A stretch of DNA of 63,580 nt, filler included, from Sphacelaria rigidula (taxonomy: Eukaryota): the NCBI GenBank assembly GCA_964200075.2. It is 9 parts of 9 records of this genome, joined end to end, with 100 filler letters (N's around TTAATTAATTAA, not from the genome) between each part and the next. Parts side by side here need not be neighbours in the genome. Positions count along the whole stretch, not along the records: positions 49,531 to 56,505 come from CAXNAA020017128.1; positions 56,606 to 63,580 come from CAXNAA020017129.1; 7 more parts are not named here. One strand, written 5' to 3'. Positions 51,649 to 63,580 of this stretch are shown one piece after another. Each line of letters begins with the position of its first letter. Position 1 is the first letter of the stretch. A program made the translations under genes and the position numbers. The notes beneath the pieces are model-generated. The model saw nothing but the letters and a program-made list of their open reading frames with translations. It was not told where the DNA came from and searched no databases.

Positions 51649-51895
51649 CGTATCTAGGGGCGTATTTACTCCCATTTCCAAAGCACCGTGAAGACGACTT
51701 CGGAACAAGAAACATCTATTCTCACGACGAAAATAAACACGCTGTAGAAAAAAAAAGGAAAAAAAAAAGTCGCTTGGGCCTGCGCCACCGACAGCGATAC
51801 GATTGAGCAACAAAAGGTTATCCTTTCCCACACGAAATTACGAAGACACGAAAACGCCACGCTACACGCACACCACCCCCCCCAAAAAGTGTCAC

Positions 51896-52057
51896 CTTTC
51901 CGCCCGAGGAATCCTTGGAGTCGTTATCTGCGCCGGAGGGCTGGGGCATGCGAACGGGCTGTTGGGCTGGGGGAGGAGGATCTTGAGTCACCACTCGCGA
52001 CAGCCCGAAGTCGCAAATCTTGAGGGTGCAATTCTCGTTCAGCAATATGTTCGCAGG
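51896..52057 (-). CDS. Atypical MAP kinase, exon (subdomains VIb-VII)
   Basis: [26 protein letters not shown]...SSGGK|GTGAC, 162 bp, phase 0. Confidence 0.95.
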
Positions 52058-52636
52058 CTGCGGAGGAGAATCAAACACAAAAACAAGAGAGCAACAGTAA
52101 GCAGAGAGACGCAGCGGGCAAGCAACGGCAAGCAAAAAAAAGGCAGCTATGTGCTATTAGCTATTAGTGATTGACTGGTTGATCGATTGATCGTTGCACA
52201 TTAACTGATTGATTCCCGAGCATCCTACATGACCGTGGTCATTAGATAGCCATATGTACCCAAGGTGAACAAAATGGAAACGCTCGCCAAAAACGAAAAA
52301 AAAGTGTAGAAAAAATGAAGAAGCGACAACAATTTCTTGGTACAATTCATGCATATGGGCTGGTACCTCAGTTGTCTGATATCTTATTCCGACCATTTTA
52401 GTACATTTTCATTGTTGTCAACAAGGACATAACACCAGCTGTTCAAACGCGCTTGTTACCGATACACAATGCCCCTTCATGGTGATTGGCAGCACTTTTA
52501 ACCAAATACAAGCGCACCGCGAGTGTTCTAGGTCGTCCAACACACTAGTGATCCCTGTTTATCGTGGAATCACACCTCCCCCCCCCCCCCCCCGTCCCTA
52601 TCGTAGCGTGACTCCAGAACGAAAAAAAATATCGAC

Positions 52637-52783
52637 CTTCATATCCCTGTGGACAACGTGGGCGCTGTGCACGAACTTGAGCCCCAGCAGCATTTGGTAC
52701 ATGAAGACCTTAATGTGCTCATCCGTCAGGAACTGCGGCGAGGCTATCAGCTTGAATAGGTCGGTATCCACATACTCGAAAAC
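52637..52783 (-). CDS. Atypical MAP kinase, exon (subdomains V-VIb)
   Basis: CAG|VFEYVDTDLFKLIASPQFLTDEHIKVFMYQMLLGLKFVHSAHVVHRDMK|GTCGA, 147 bp, phase 0. Confidence 0.95.
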
Positions 52784-53272
52784 CTGAAAATGGGCAGAAC
52801 CGGGGGGAGGGGGGGGGTAGGACCAAAACATGAGTGTCTCCAGAGGTGCGAAGGGGTGTTCCTCCTACGCATCAATCAAGACCGAAAACCACACGACCCA
52901 TCTAGACGTCTTACAGGCCACACACAGCACGGCTCGTGGCCTACCTACCCAACGTACGAGGAACCCCGCAAAACACGGCACAACCCGGGAAGGTTCAACA
53001 ACGTTCATCAAGCAATCCCTGTGATTTTTGCTCAAATGACATAACAAAAGTAATCGTATAATACTCGAAATAAATCGACCGTCTCGATCGTCTCGAACGA
53101 TCAAGAACGACCGAGCTCGATCAACTCAGAATCAAAGAACGATGTTAATGCACTCGCTAAGGTTTATTCCCCCTTGTGCTTTCGCTTTCCCCGAACGGGA
53201 GTGTGACATCAAGTCCCTCCCTCAAGGACTCAACCCAATGCTCTCTCCCCGTCCGCCCCCTCCCAAAAATTA

Positions 53273-53484
53273 CAGGGCACTGATCGTTACACGTGAAAAA
53301 AAATTGTTACACGCCAGAAGTTAAGCCAGGCTAATACTACGGTGGGAAATCACGTGGGGAGCCCTGATTTGACTTGACTTTGAACAGGGCTCCCCACGTG
53401 GTCCCCCACCGTAGTACTAGCCTGGCCCGACGCTTGACCTTTGGCGTGTAACGAATGTTGTGACATGTTATGACAAGTACTCTT
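53273..53484. mobile_element. hAT-like MITE with 5S rRNA-derived inverted arms (intronic)
   Basis: CAGGGCACT...AGTACTCTT termini with 8-bp TSD AAAAATTA / GAAAATTA. Arms 53317-53366 (+) and 53385-53441 (-) read GAAGTTAAGC..(TCGGG)CCAGGCTAGTACTACGGTGGGGGACCACGTGGGGAGCCCTG. Confidence 0.8.
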
Positions 53485-54351
53485 GAAAATTAAGAGCCAC
53501 CGAATGTCGCAAGATCCATAGGCTGCCATGACGGATAAGTAAAATTCCGGGTGCTGCAGACAGCCGCCGCGACGAGAGAAAGACTAAAGTGGTTCAATGT
53601 CACAAACGCATGAATCTGAAGGGATTAGTTGGTTACGAGGACCGCCGCATAAGGGGTCGACTGACGCACTTTACGGGGCAAACCCACTCGTCGTTTACAG
53701 TGATATGATGCCATCACTTAACCCCAAGAAAACCATTGTGCACACCGGTTCAAAACGGGTATTTTTCATCAGCTCTGGAGGGTTGGCACCATCACACCGA
53801 GTACATCGCACGGTAAAGCGCCTTATAATATGTTTTGCTATTATCTTTGTTGTTGTTTACTTTGTCTTTTCTGTTTTTTCGCGGATACCACCGCACAGAA
53901 GGGAAAGGGTTCATACCCTGGACAATAGAATACACAGTCAAAAAGTGTACAGCGCACAGTATCGACTCTTGTGCCTATTTCCACAGGCAATAGATTTCAT
54001 ACTGTATGCAGTACATTGTTCCACAATAGCGTTCATCGAGGAACTGCCTCTTCCATATTATTATTTTTTTCGTGTGGATGCAGTGTACCACCACATCAGA
54101 GGGAATAATTTTCCCCAAATATCCGTCGAGGAATTCCCATTTTTCAGTTTTTTCGTGTGACATACCAGAAACAAAAGCTCCAAATCTGGGGGCAACAACG
54201 ATCACAAAACTCACCGAACCAAACCTGAACTAACCAAACCATGCCAAACATATATATATATATATATCGAACGATCGATTCACAAGATGCGGAAGAAAAG
54301 AAAAGAAAAAGACACGCTCGAAATAAAAAATAACACAATCGAAACACTCAC

Positions 54352-54474
54352 GAGGTACAGGTCCCTGAATCCGTCGAAGCTGGGGGGCAGAATGACGTCC
54401 CGTAGTTCGATTATCTCGGCGTGCTTCATGTGCCGAAGGATGTACATCTCGCGGTAGATCCGCTTAGCATCCAC
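54352..54474 (-). CDS. Atypical MAP kinase, exon (subdomains III-IV)
   Basis: CAG|VDAKRIYREMYILRHMKHAEIIELRDVILPPSFDGFRDLYL|GTGAG, 123 bp, phase 0, with the MAPK signature AKR.YRE. The N-terminal exon(s) were not found on the contig. Confidence 0.95.
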
Positions 54475-54613
54475 CTGCACAGCCACCACGCCGACGCATA
54501 ATCTAAACATCATCAGCGGAAAAAGAAAATCGAGAACCCCGCGATTCCCATGAACGCAATTTTGACTGGGTCACATATTAGGTTTGAATAGATGCCATAC
54601 ACTTAGACGTCAC

Positions 54614-54728
54614 GCTTCATTTCGGAACAGTATCGACACAAGGCTTTGTTTCGGAATAGCATCGACACAAGGCTTCATTTCGGAATAATATCGTCGCTAG
54701 ACTTCCTTATGAAACAATATCGCTAGAG
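54614..54728. repeat. ~29-bp minisatellite (3-4 copies)
   Basis: GCTTCATTTCGGAACAGTATCGACACAAG-like units in tandem. Confidence 0.8.
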
Positions 54729-55979
54729 TTGGCCATATCCTCTCTGTTTAGCAGCAAAATCTCGATGACAACATACCACGTATTCCGCAGCTCTCAACCC
54801 CCGACACACTAATATAGCACAACGAAGGAAGTCATTTTCCACATGCTGTATTTACGGTGGTCCACCCACTGTCCACCAGAGGAGGCCTGGCGCCCTGTTT
54901 CAACCCTTTGACCTCCCGGTTGCATTTTCCGAGTTTTACTCCGATTCTCGAGGTAAAAAAAATGAAACGGATTCCACGGATGAACCACCCTGACGATCGA
55001 AGGGTAGAGGGGCTGAGAAAAAATCTAAAATCCTGACCCTTCGGGAACCGTTGATGGAAAAACGATAATTTACAATCGAAGTTTTCTTGCGCAAAACATG
55101 GTTGCTTTTCAGCAACTGTTTTCTCAACGCAGCCCACCACAACGGTACACCACTCCAAGTTCAATTATAGTACTAATGTGAAAAAAATGTGCACCGAACT
55201 CGAAGTAATTTTTTTGCGGTGACGAAAGCTCGCACATGGGACGATGTACTGTTTTCGCGAGTCCGGAAAGAGTTAACATGGTCGCAATAAAGTCAACCCC
55301 GGACGCGTCGCACAAGTACTCCACACACAGCCATCATGACCGTTTTAAATCATTCGAGAACAACACGCATCACCTAATGTTCTGCCCAGTCGTTCAACAA
55401 GCCTTCGAAATGATGCTACTCCATTCATGTCGCCGCACATGTATTACGGTGGCCGGCCGCAGGCAGCATTATTGTTGGAATTTCGAAAATGGAGATGAGG
55501 CAGCGGCACGTTCTAGATACAGTAGTTTTCAGATGAAATAGCGAATGTTCGTCACTACTTCGTAGTCGGTGATTCTTCAATAGTTTTCTCACGTGCCACC
55601 GCTCATCCCAGCGAGCACTTGCGCCCGGAGTTAGAGATCGGGAGATACTACGCATCCGCTCCACATTTCGACATAAAAAAAACACTTCCGCGCTAAATTT
55701 CGAACGACTCAGCAAGGGCGCACCCACCCCAGCAATGATGATGATGCACCCTCAGCAATTTATTCTGTATCTACGAGTCATTTGAGGCTATTCCTCGTCT
55801 GTTCTTCTTGGTGTCTCTCTTCTTATTTCTGTTGTGTGTTGTTTGTTTTGTGCCTGGGGCCTCAGAAGAAACGATGAGAAACTTTCTGTCTTGGAAGGAA
55901 AAGCTGGAACGGTATCGGAAACACGAGTCCACGTCTGTGGCCACGGGTTCGAGAGATCGCACCAATGTGCGGAAACAAC

Positions 55980-56115
55980 CACACCCTGAACAATAGAAGA
56001 CAGTCAAAAAGTGTACTGCGTACAGTATCGACTATTGCGCCTATTGCAACAGACAATAGATTCCATACTGTACGTAGTACATTCTTTTACAATGGAATCT
56101 CTTGTCTAGGGTGTG
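55980..56115. mobile_element. 8-bp-TSD MITE (CACACCCTG family)
   Basis: CACACCCTGAACAA ... TTGTCTAGGGTGTG with a perfect TSD GAAACAAC at 55972-55979 and 56116-56123. Confidence 0.85.
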
Positions 56116-56729
56116 GAAACAACATCAACAAACGCAAGCCAATGTTCCCGTCAGACGTTTCACCCCTCCCCTTTTATCGTCAGCCTTTTCACCGCCCCGC
56201 CCCGGCTTTGTAGAGGGATGCAAGGCCAATGGTCTTGCATATCTTTCCCTTGTTCGGGACGACTCAGTCCGTCGTATCAAGGGATCATTCCATCCATCCA
56301 ATCTCCCCCAGTACATGCCTTCACATTTTTGGTGACGCAGATCTGGACTAGAACTGCCGCACTGCATCAACGTTTCGTCGCATCCTCGTGTTTTCAAAGA
56401 TGGAAAGCAAATACTCCGGAGGGGGAGGGGGGGGGGGGGGGGAAAAAATACACAATACACTTAAGGTGGCGTAAAAATTTTCACCCCTGCAAACCAAAAA
56501 AAAAGNNNNNNNNNNNNNNNNNNNNNNNNNNNNNNNNNNNNNNNNNNNNTTAATTAATTAANNNNNNNNNNNNNNNNNNNNNNNNNNNNNNNNNNNNNNN
56601 NNNNNGGACACAATCCCGAGGAGCGGTTGATTCTCATTTCAAAATACGTTCTCATTTTTCTGGCAACCCTGTTATATCACGCACATCGAGAACGCCTTCT
56701 ATTTAAGCGACTAATATCCGCCGTCACAC

Positions 56730-57755
56730 AGCTGCAAAACACCTACTTCCATATCTGGCCGGCACTACAGATCATGTCATAAGCTACAACCAGGGCGGTT
56801 TCCAATTGACGGCGTTCTCAGATGCGAACTGGGGTAACAATTCAGATAACGGGAAATCTACATCATCATATCTTATTTTTCTCTCGAATGGCCCCATCAG
56901 TTTCAAGGTAGGACTACAAGGACTCACCGCACAATCAACGATGGAAGTAGAACTCGTGGCCGCTGCACTCACCATGAAGGAAGGCATATTTTTCCCGAAT
57001 ATGATGCGGGAGATGGGATGTAGCACACGCTTCGACTCCGTTCCTGTCTACATCGACAACACTTCAACTCTCCACGTCGCAGGGAACCGAACTTACAGCT
57101 CGAGAGTCAAGCACGTAGCTCTACGGTACTTCTTCATTCAGGAATTAGTCAAGGAGGGAAGGATCGACATCTGTTACGTCAAGACCGAAGACCAACTCGC
57201 AGACATAGGGACCAAGTACCTCAGGAAACACATGCACCGCCATCCTGTCAAGCTGATCAGCACATTCAAAATATGAGTACAGCCTGGTCGTAGCTTTGAG
57301 GTCTTATTTCGTCCTTGATTGCCGGGATGGTTGTACTGATGTGGGTGTTTGGAACTAGTACGTATTGCATTAAGAGGGAGTGTGAAGGGTTAAGAGCTAT
57401 ACTTGCGTTGAGGGGGAATGTTAGAAAATGAGGCTATGGAGTCATGCTCTTCACCGTTTCGTATGGTATTGACTTTATATCTATATATGTAGTAATAGGA
57501 CCGCAGGTACCGGTCACAAAGGTTTGGTCTGATGTGGGGGCGTGTAATGTGGGATAGCAGTTGTTATACATGAAGTACTCATCTCTTTGCCCGTGCACCC
57601 CGGTGAGTTGTTTGTATTTGTCTGGCCCAGAAGCGGCACCTTGAACACTATCTTCTGTCTACACTCTGAAGCAGCCTGCCTGCTTGCTTGGCTTAACTGC
57701 CATTGCGCCAACTCTAGCGACCACGACAAAGGGGTTCTGAGTGAATCCTCTAACA
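56730..57755 (+). mobile_element. Ty1/Copia 3' end: RNase H, PPT and 3' LTR
   Basis: AFSDANWGNNSDNGKSTS, STMEVELVA, DNTSTL, KHVALRYFF and QLADIGTK, stop at 57276. PPT GAGGGGGAA, then LTR TGTTAGA...TCTAACA at 57419-57755. Confidence 0.92.
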
Positions 57756-58237
57756 ACCTATACGTTTCACCTGGAGAAGTATTCCTTGGGGGACCTTAGT
57801 ATTTCCGGTGCCGGGGAGCAGTCGGTTCTCGCTCCAATGTTTTACTTCTAAGGCCTGTCGTGTTCGAGTTCTGTTCTGCTGTCGCCAGTGTGAGGAAGGC
57901 GTATCGCTAGAGTAGTCAGAGACCTCCGGGGGGAGACTGCCGTCCTGATGCCCAAGGAACTCCGAGGCCGGCGATGATTTCCTCTCGTATATGTAGGCAA
58001 GAAGTGGGGTCAGACTTTGAGTGGGCGCCATAGGCGACCAGGGCCTCGGGGGATGTTGGACCGTCCTAATATTAGGCTCTTCCTGGCATAACCCCGAGTT
58101 GTCTAGTTACGTCGGCATTACAGGCTCCTCGGTGATCTGGTCGTTCCGGATCGTTCCTACCTTGTCCGTGCTTGCGCTGGGTCTGCATACATGTGTGGCG
58201 TCAGTCTCTGATATGTCACTGCAAAGAGATATCCTCC

Positions 58238-59634
58238 ACAATCACCCACTTTGTTCAAGGTATTTATCAATTACTTGATAATAGCGATAGAAGCAGCAAC
58301 TCAAGGAGTCAAGGTGGATGAAGATGTGAATCAGGTTTGATGTTCGCACATGGTTTTGTTGAGATTTCAGGATCAGCAGAAGGATTACAAAAATAAACAG
58401 AAAAGGCTCTAGAATACACTAGGAAATGGAGAGTAACAGCGAAAGCTAACAAATACGTGGTACTCGTAGGTAACGAAGATAAAAAAGTCCGGTAAACTTC
58501 AAGTGGAAGTGGGGAGAAGAGGAACTGCCGATCGTAGACGAGTATACACACCTTGGTGCAGAAATTTCAAGAAACTGTTCTTGGGATGCACGCATAAATT
58601 GGGTAATACAAAAGGTTAAGGCACAGATAGGAAGGATGGACGTGGCCCTCGGAGACTCGCATCTAGACAGAAGGATCAGGAGATATATCCTAATGAACGT
58701 GATTGTACTAAAGCTGGAACATGCAGGTGAAGTGTGGGAGGGGAACGTGAAGTTGGCGAAGAAGTTGGAAAGAGTACAGATGGCAGCAGCTAAGAAGGTA
58801 CTGGGATGATTGAAAACGATGAGTAATACAGCATCGAGAGTAGAGTTAGGAATGTACCCATTTAAAACAAACAGGGACATGAGAAACTTGAGGTGGCAGT
58901 ATAGCGTAAAGAACATGCATAGAAAGAGATTGTCAGCTATAGTTGATAGGGCCGTACGGAAGAAACATACGAAAGGCAGGCTGGAATGAGGTGGGATAAG
59001 AAGTCGAAAAAGTACGGAATGACATTGGAGAAACCTCAGACAGAATCCTGTCTATGGGTGAAGGCGCGGAGTACAAGACAAAAGTAAGGGACATGGTAGG
59101 AATAAGGGAAAGAGGAGCTCTGAGGCGCTAAGTAGACGAGGAAGAATACCTGAAGATATACAGAGGGTTGAGAGAGAGGATCGGGATGAAAACATATTGG
59201 CATGGTTCAATAGACGCTGCGAAAAATCTGAAACTGCGATCTCGGGTGGGGGACCTGGACCTGCCAGAAAGAAGAAAGAGATATACCAGTAGTCGTGTGG
59301 AGGATGAAGCAGATGCACAGAACTGACCCTGTGGCGTAGCGATAGAGAGCAGAAGCAATATAGTGGCAGAATGTGAACATATACAAGGAGAAGCCGGACG
59401 TGGTGGCATGAAATCGTTCCACGCATTAGACAGTAGAGCGAGAAAACGACGGCTGTACTAGCAGATAGATGGTGGCCACAGACGGCGAAACAGGATGGGG
59501 GTAAGATATATATAAGGTTTTTGTGTAATGTATGGAAGAAACATAATGAGCGCTGAAATGTTGAAGGTGGCTCTATCAGGACTAGAAACGGTGCTCCGTT
59601 CCGAAAGGGATGCGTGGTTAATGGTCAATCGACT
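58238..59634 (+). mobile_element. Non-LTR retrotransposon (LINE) 3' fragment, degenerate RT
   Basis: SPTLFKVFIN, SGLMFAHGFV (decayed FADD), YTHLGAEI, LEHAGEVW, ELGMYP, GDLDLPERRKRY and *PCG..ES..IVAEC (C-terminal Cys motif). The 3' end resumes at 63484. Confidence 0.9.
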
Positions 59635-61316
59635 GACACTTTCTACGATACCTCCCCCCCGAAATCAGCTCAAAACTGCGACAAAAAAATGAATTTACAG
59701 CGCTTGATGTTTGGGTTCAGGTTGCATTAAGCGCCTCATATGGGCTACATGGGCGAAACCGAGCCCAAGCGCTCAGATGGACCATCAGAATCATATCCTA
59801 TTAGTACTCCTTCCCAAGCTTTTTCCTCTATTTTACTCTGATGGCGTTCCTTGTGCACGAACGCTCTTGAGCCGATGGTTATCAAAAACGACAGTTTCGG
59901 TTGTTCGAGACACATCCGATAGTATGGGGTGTCTCCTCCGATGCTAGTGTGCGGCAAGCGGTTGATTAAGAAGACCGCAGTTCCCGCAATCTCCCCCCAG
60001 AGAATCTTCAGCATATTCGCTTCATTCAGGAGGCAGGGCGTAATATCCAGGATAGCTCTTCCGTCTCGCTTGGAAATGCCATTTTGTTGAGGGGTTTATA
60101 CGGCAATAAATTCTTGAAGAATACCCGTTGTTTTGCAGTATCTTCTAAAGTAGTCCGCAATGTATTCACCCCCGCGGTCAGACCGTAGGCGGTGTACGCG
60201 GAGCCCTAAAGGAATAGCCAGATCTTGGATGAACCGGCAGAGCGTAGTGAGCGTTTCGTCCTTTGTCTTTATAAAGTACACCACCTTGAACCGCGTGTGA
60301 TAATCCGTACATTTTGCCATGTACCTATAGCCTGTCATTGCAGCAGGTGTAATGGGTCCTGACAGGTCGGTGCTGACCAATTGTAATCGCTGCAAATCAT
60401 TGGTGTGAGTCTACAGTTTCGGGATGATCCTGCTGTACGCTCTCATTTATTTTGCAGGTTTCACAAGGCGATAGCGACCCTTCAAAACCCACACCTGTTT
60501 GGGGGATATTCTGAAGACGCCGCATGGCCTGTTCCGTAGGATGTCCGAGTCGCTTGTGCCATACGTCTGCTCCCACCGTGGTAGATAGGGCTGTTGAATC
60601 GTCGGCCATGTCTTGAACTGTTTCTGCAACATGAACAGTGTCGATGTCCATAAGTTCCCCTGACATAGTTGTGGCCATCAGTGCTGAGCTGTAGCTGTTG
60701 ATCCCCTGGTTTCTGAGAAATCTTCAAGTGGATGTACAGAAGTGTTTCGCTGAGGTCACCGTTGAAAGGCACTTTGAAGGTTCCAAGGTCTACATGAGAG
60801 TTCCTGGGAAAATTGTCGATATGCCTTTCGTTTGAGCTTCAATGGGCGAGAACAGATGTTTCCCAAAACCTGGAACAATTAATGCTAGGAGCCGAACGGT
60901 ACGCCCGATCCCCTGGGAACCAGTGACGATGGTGGTGAGAACGTCTCTTCCCGTAACATATAGTAGATGACGTCCAGCAGTAAGGATACTCATGGGTGGA
61001 TCGAGCTTCACGTAGTCAACCATTTCACGTTCGATATTCGGCAATAATAGATGCTTATCCAGAAAATGTCCGCTGGAGCCACCGTCAACTGCCATCTTGA
61101 AAGAAATTTTACTTTCTGTACAGTGTTTGTCAGTGACATGAAAACCTGAAAGGAAGGGAAATCCACGCCGTTTATTTGGTGGTTGACATGAGTCAAGCAC
61201 AGTTTCGGCCGAAGGTGTCGAAATAAGTTGGCCTTGGTCATTCGATGGTACTGTCGCGGAAGCTGGATCGGCGATGGCAGTATCGGCTTGGCGTTGATGC
61301 CCATTGAAGTTATTGC

Positions 61317-61525
<209 letters not shown>

Positions 61526-62810
61526 CACTCAGAGTCGTCGTGTTTGTCTATATGGTGAAAACTGCACCATTTGACCGACCTATTCTGGTGGTTTGACTGC
61601 CCACTAGAACGGCAGTCGCGCGGGTGACCTCTTCTTCCGCATGAGAAGCATTTACGACGAAATTCCGCGGGTTGATTCGAGGACTTCGACACTGCTGCCG
61701 CCAGCACTGAAGAATCACGGCCATGTGATCTGCTCGCGGATACTTTCCTCGCCAGTCCATTGGCAAACATGTTGCGTAGGGTAGTTTCGATTTCCCCGAT
61801 GCTCGAGTCTGGATCATGTTCTGCGTTTTATTTTATTTGGTAATACTCGCTGGTTAGACTCTCGACTATGATACCAGTAAGTCGTTCGTCGGAGATGGAC
61901 TCGGCAATGTGCACGAGCTCGTCTCGGAACTGAAACAGTTTTGCTACAAAAACGTCCGGGTCTTGTCCTGGTGACATGGTCATGGTGTCCAGCTTTCGCA
62001 TCAGCAAGCGGCGTCTTTGCTTAGATGAATTTTGGTACTTAGCTACCAAACCTTCCCACGTACATTAGCCGTTTGGTTTCTCTGAGCCCTTCGGCTGAAA
62101 ACGCAGGAGATAACTTGCCGCTGAACCAGTTGTCGATAAGTACAAAACATTTAACAACTGTTCGTTATACCGGCCCCAGTTTTATATCTCACGCGTGTTT
62201 AAAATCTGTCTCACAATTAAGTCCACGAGGGGATGATCAGACACTTCTCGAACAGGAGGTTGGGCTTGATCACCAGCCGTTTCAGTATCACCCGCCGCTG
62301 CTGTCGTCGCGCTCCTCGCGGTTGCCCCCACCGATGGTGACGGCGAACGAGGGGACGGCTGCTGATGGCTTCTGGAACGGGTCGCAATGAGGCTTGTTCT
62401 TGATGTCGATCTGTCAGCTGGTTGTGTGTGATCTACCTCTGAAAAATCTTCATCGTGAATATCCTGTGGGCGTTCAACCCCGTTGAAGATATCAGATATC
62501 CCCGGATGAGTTAAGGAACTAATCGCGGGCGTAGAGCGCGTTCACTCGACGAATTTCGTACCGTCGGACTTGTGGATACTCCAGATGAGTAGAGTTTCAG
62601 ATGGGTCTCCAGATGTATCCATCTCTCAAGTTTTATTTGTAAAAACACTTTTCATTCACACCTGCAGATCCTGTGAAAGGATCTGATTTCTTGGTCCTCT
62701 GATTGATACTGCTGAGACGACCTTGAAGTGACGTCCCCTCGCTCGTGCTGACCTTCGTAGTCTCGAATCGAAGGCCGATGACCTGAAGGACTACGTGGTC
62801 GCGAATCGAA

Positions 62811-62821
62811 GGCTCAAAACC
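62811..62821 (-). promoter_or_regulatory. Copia primer-binding site (half-tRNAiMet type)
   Basis: GGTTTTGAGCC abuts the LTR end. It is one mismatch from GGTTATGAGCC, the complement of the tRNAiMet anticodon arm. Confidence 0.65.
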
Positions 62822-63580
62822 TGTTGTAAATAATGTGTGGCTGGGGGCGTTTGGTTCTGTTCTCGAAACAGACCGACTGCTGTCCCGAAGACAGCAGTGT
62901 GACAGAGGGTGCACAGTGGTTTTCAGACCACTTGCTTCTGCAGCAGAATAAAATTAGAGAGACGAAATGGTTGATGGGCTCTTCAATTGGCCAAGAAAAA
63001 TAGAACACACAGCCTCTTCTTAAAACAGAGAGCTGAAGGTAGTGGAGGAGAGTGATTGAAAAGGGTGATAGAAACCACCGATTACAAGCATGCTCAATCC
63101 TGGAACAAGAATCAAAGACTGCTCCACGTACGCCCGTTCTACCGTATCATTCGATTCAACCTCTCTATTACTTACGCGGTAGCCTTGCCAGTTTAGATCA
63201 ACTGCAACCTTGCACCCAAGATGTTCTACAACTTACGCGGTCTAAGTACTCGCTAGAGTGTTGACAAATCATGGTAATACGCCTACTCTGGTAATATTCT
63301 ACTCGAGGCCTCATCCACACAGAAGAGGTACTCTTCGTATAAACATATAATGTAACTGTACTACACTGTTTGAAGTTTCATTGAATCGCAACAGGTTGTG
63401 CCGTTATTTTCTGTAGTTGCAACAACTCAATTCAAGACACAATGCATGTAGACTGTACCGTCTAGATTATTTACAACAGTGTCGACTGAGGCAAGCAACA
63501 AATGATTATTAATTCGACAATGTTGTGATTTAAAAGCTTAGAAATCCGTATCTTACAAACTCTACAGTATAGATGGTTAT

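Noticed and set aside
53317-53441. Functional 5S rRNA gene
   Set aside because: Only the 3' half is present, in inverted duplicate inside TIRs. The 5' half and terminator are missing.
55236-55541. VAIK motif as the missing MAPK subdomain II exon
   Set aside because: It is on the wrong (plus) strand and lacks the Gly-rich loop.

Overview
Eukaryotic, repeat-rich nuclear DNA, most likely from a brown alga or other stramenopile. This is inferred from GT-AG introns, the LINE/Copia/Gypsy types and (ATCA)n-tailed retroelements. The window is not one locus. It is nine contigs of 6977-6975 bp, sorted by decreasing size and joined by identical 100-nt spacers (44N-TTAATTAATTAA-44N), so nothing can be inferred across spacers. 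Clear host genes: five consecutive exons of an atypical MAP kinase (minus strand, TKH instead of TxY, very long activation loop) and one perfectly folding tRNA-Gly(GCC), plus two probable orphan exons. The rest is mostly transposons: an internally deleted chromodomain Gypsy, two Copia fragments with LTRs, a LINE RT fragment, heavily decayed Gypsy/Copia/Helitron/MULE remnants, and many MITE and SINE-like families, often nested. The most unusual observation is a hAT-like MITE whose inverted arms look derived from the 3' half of 5S rRNA (Pol III internal promoter), with a relative on a second contig. I saw no prokaryotic operon, CRISPR array or RNA-guided nuclease. All calls are by eye, without database searches.
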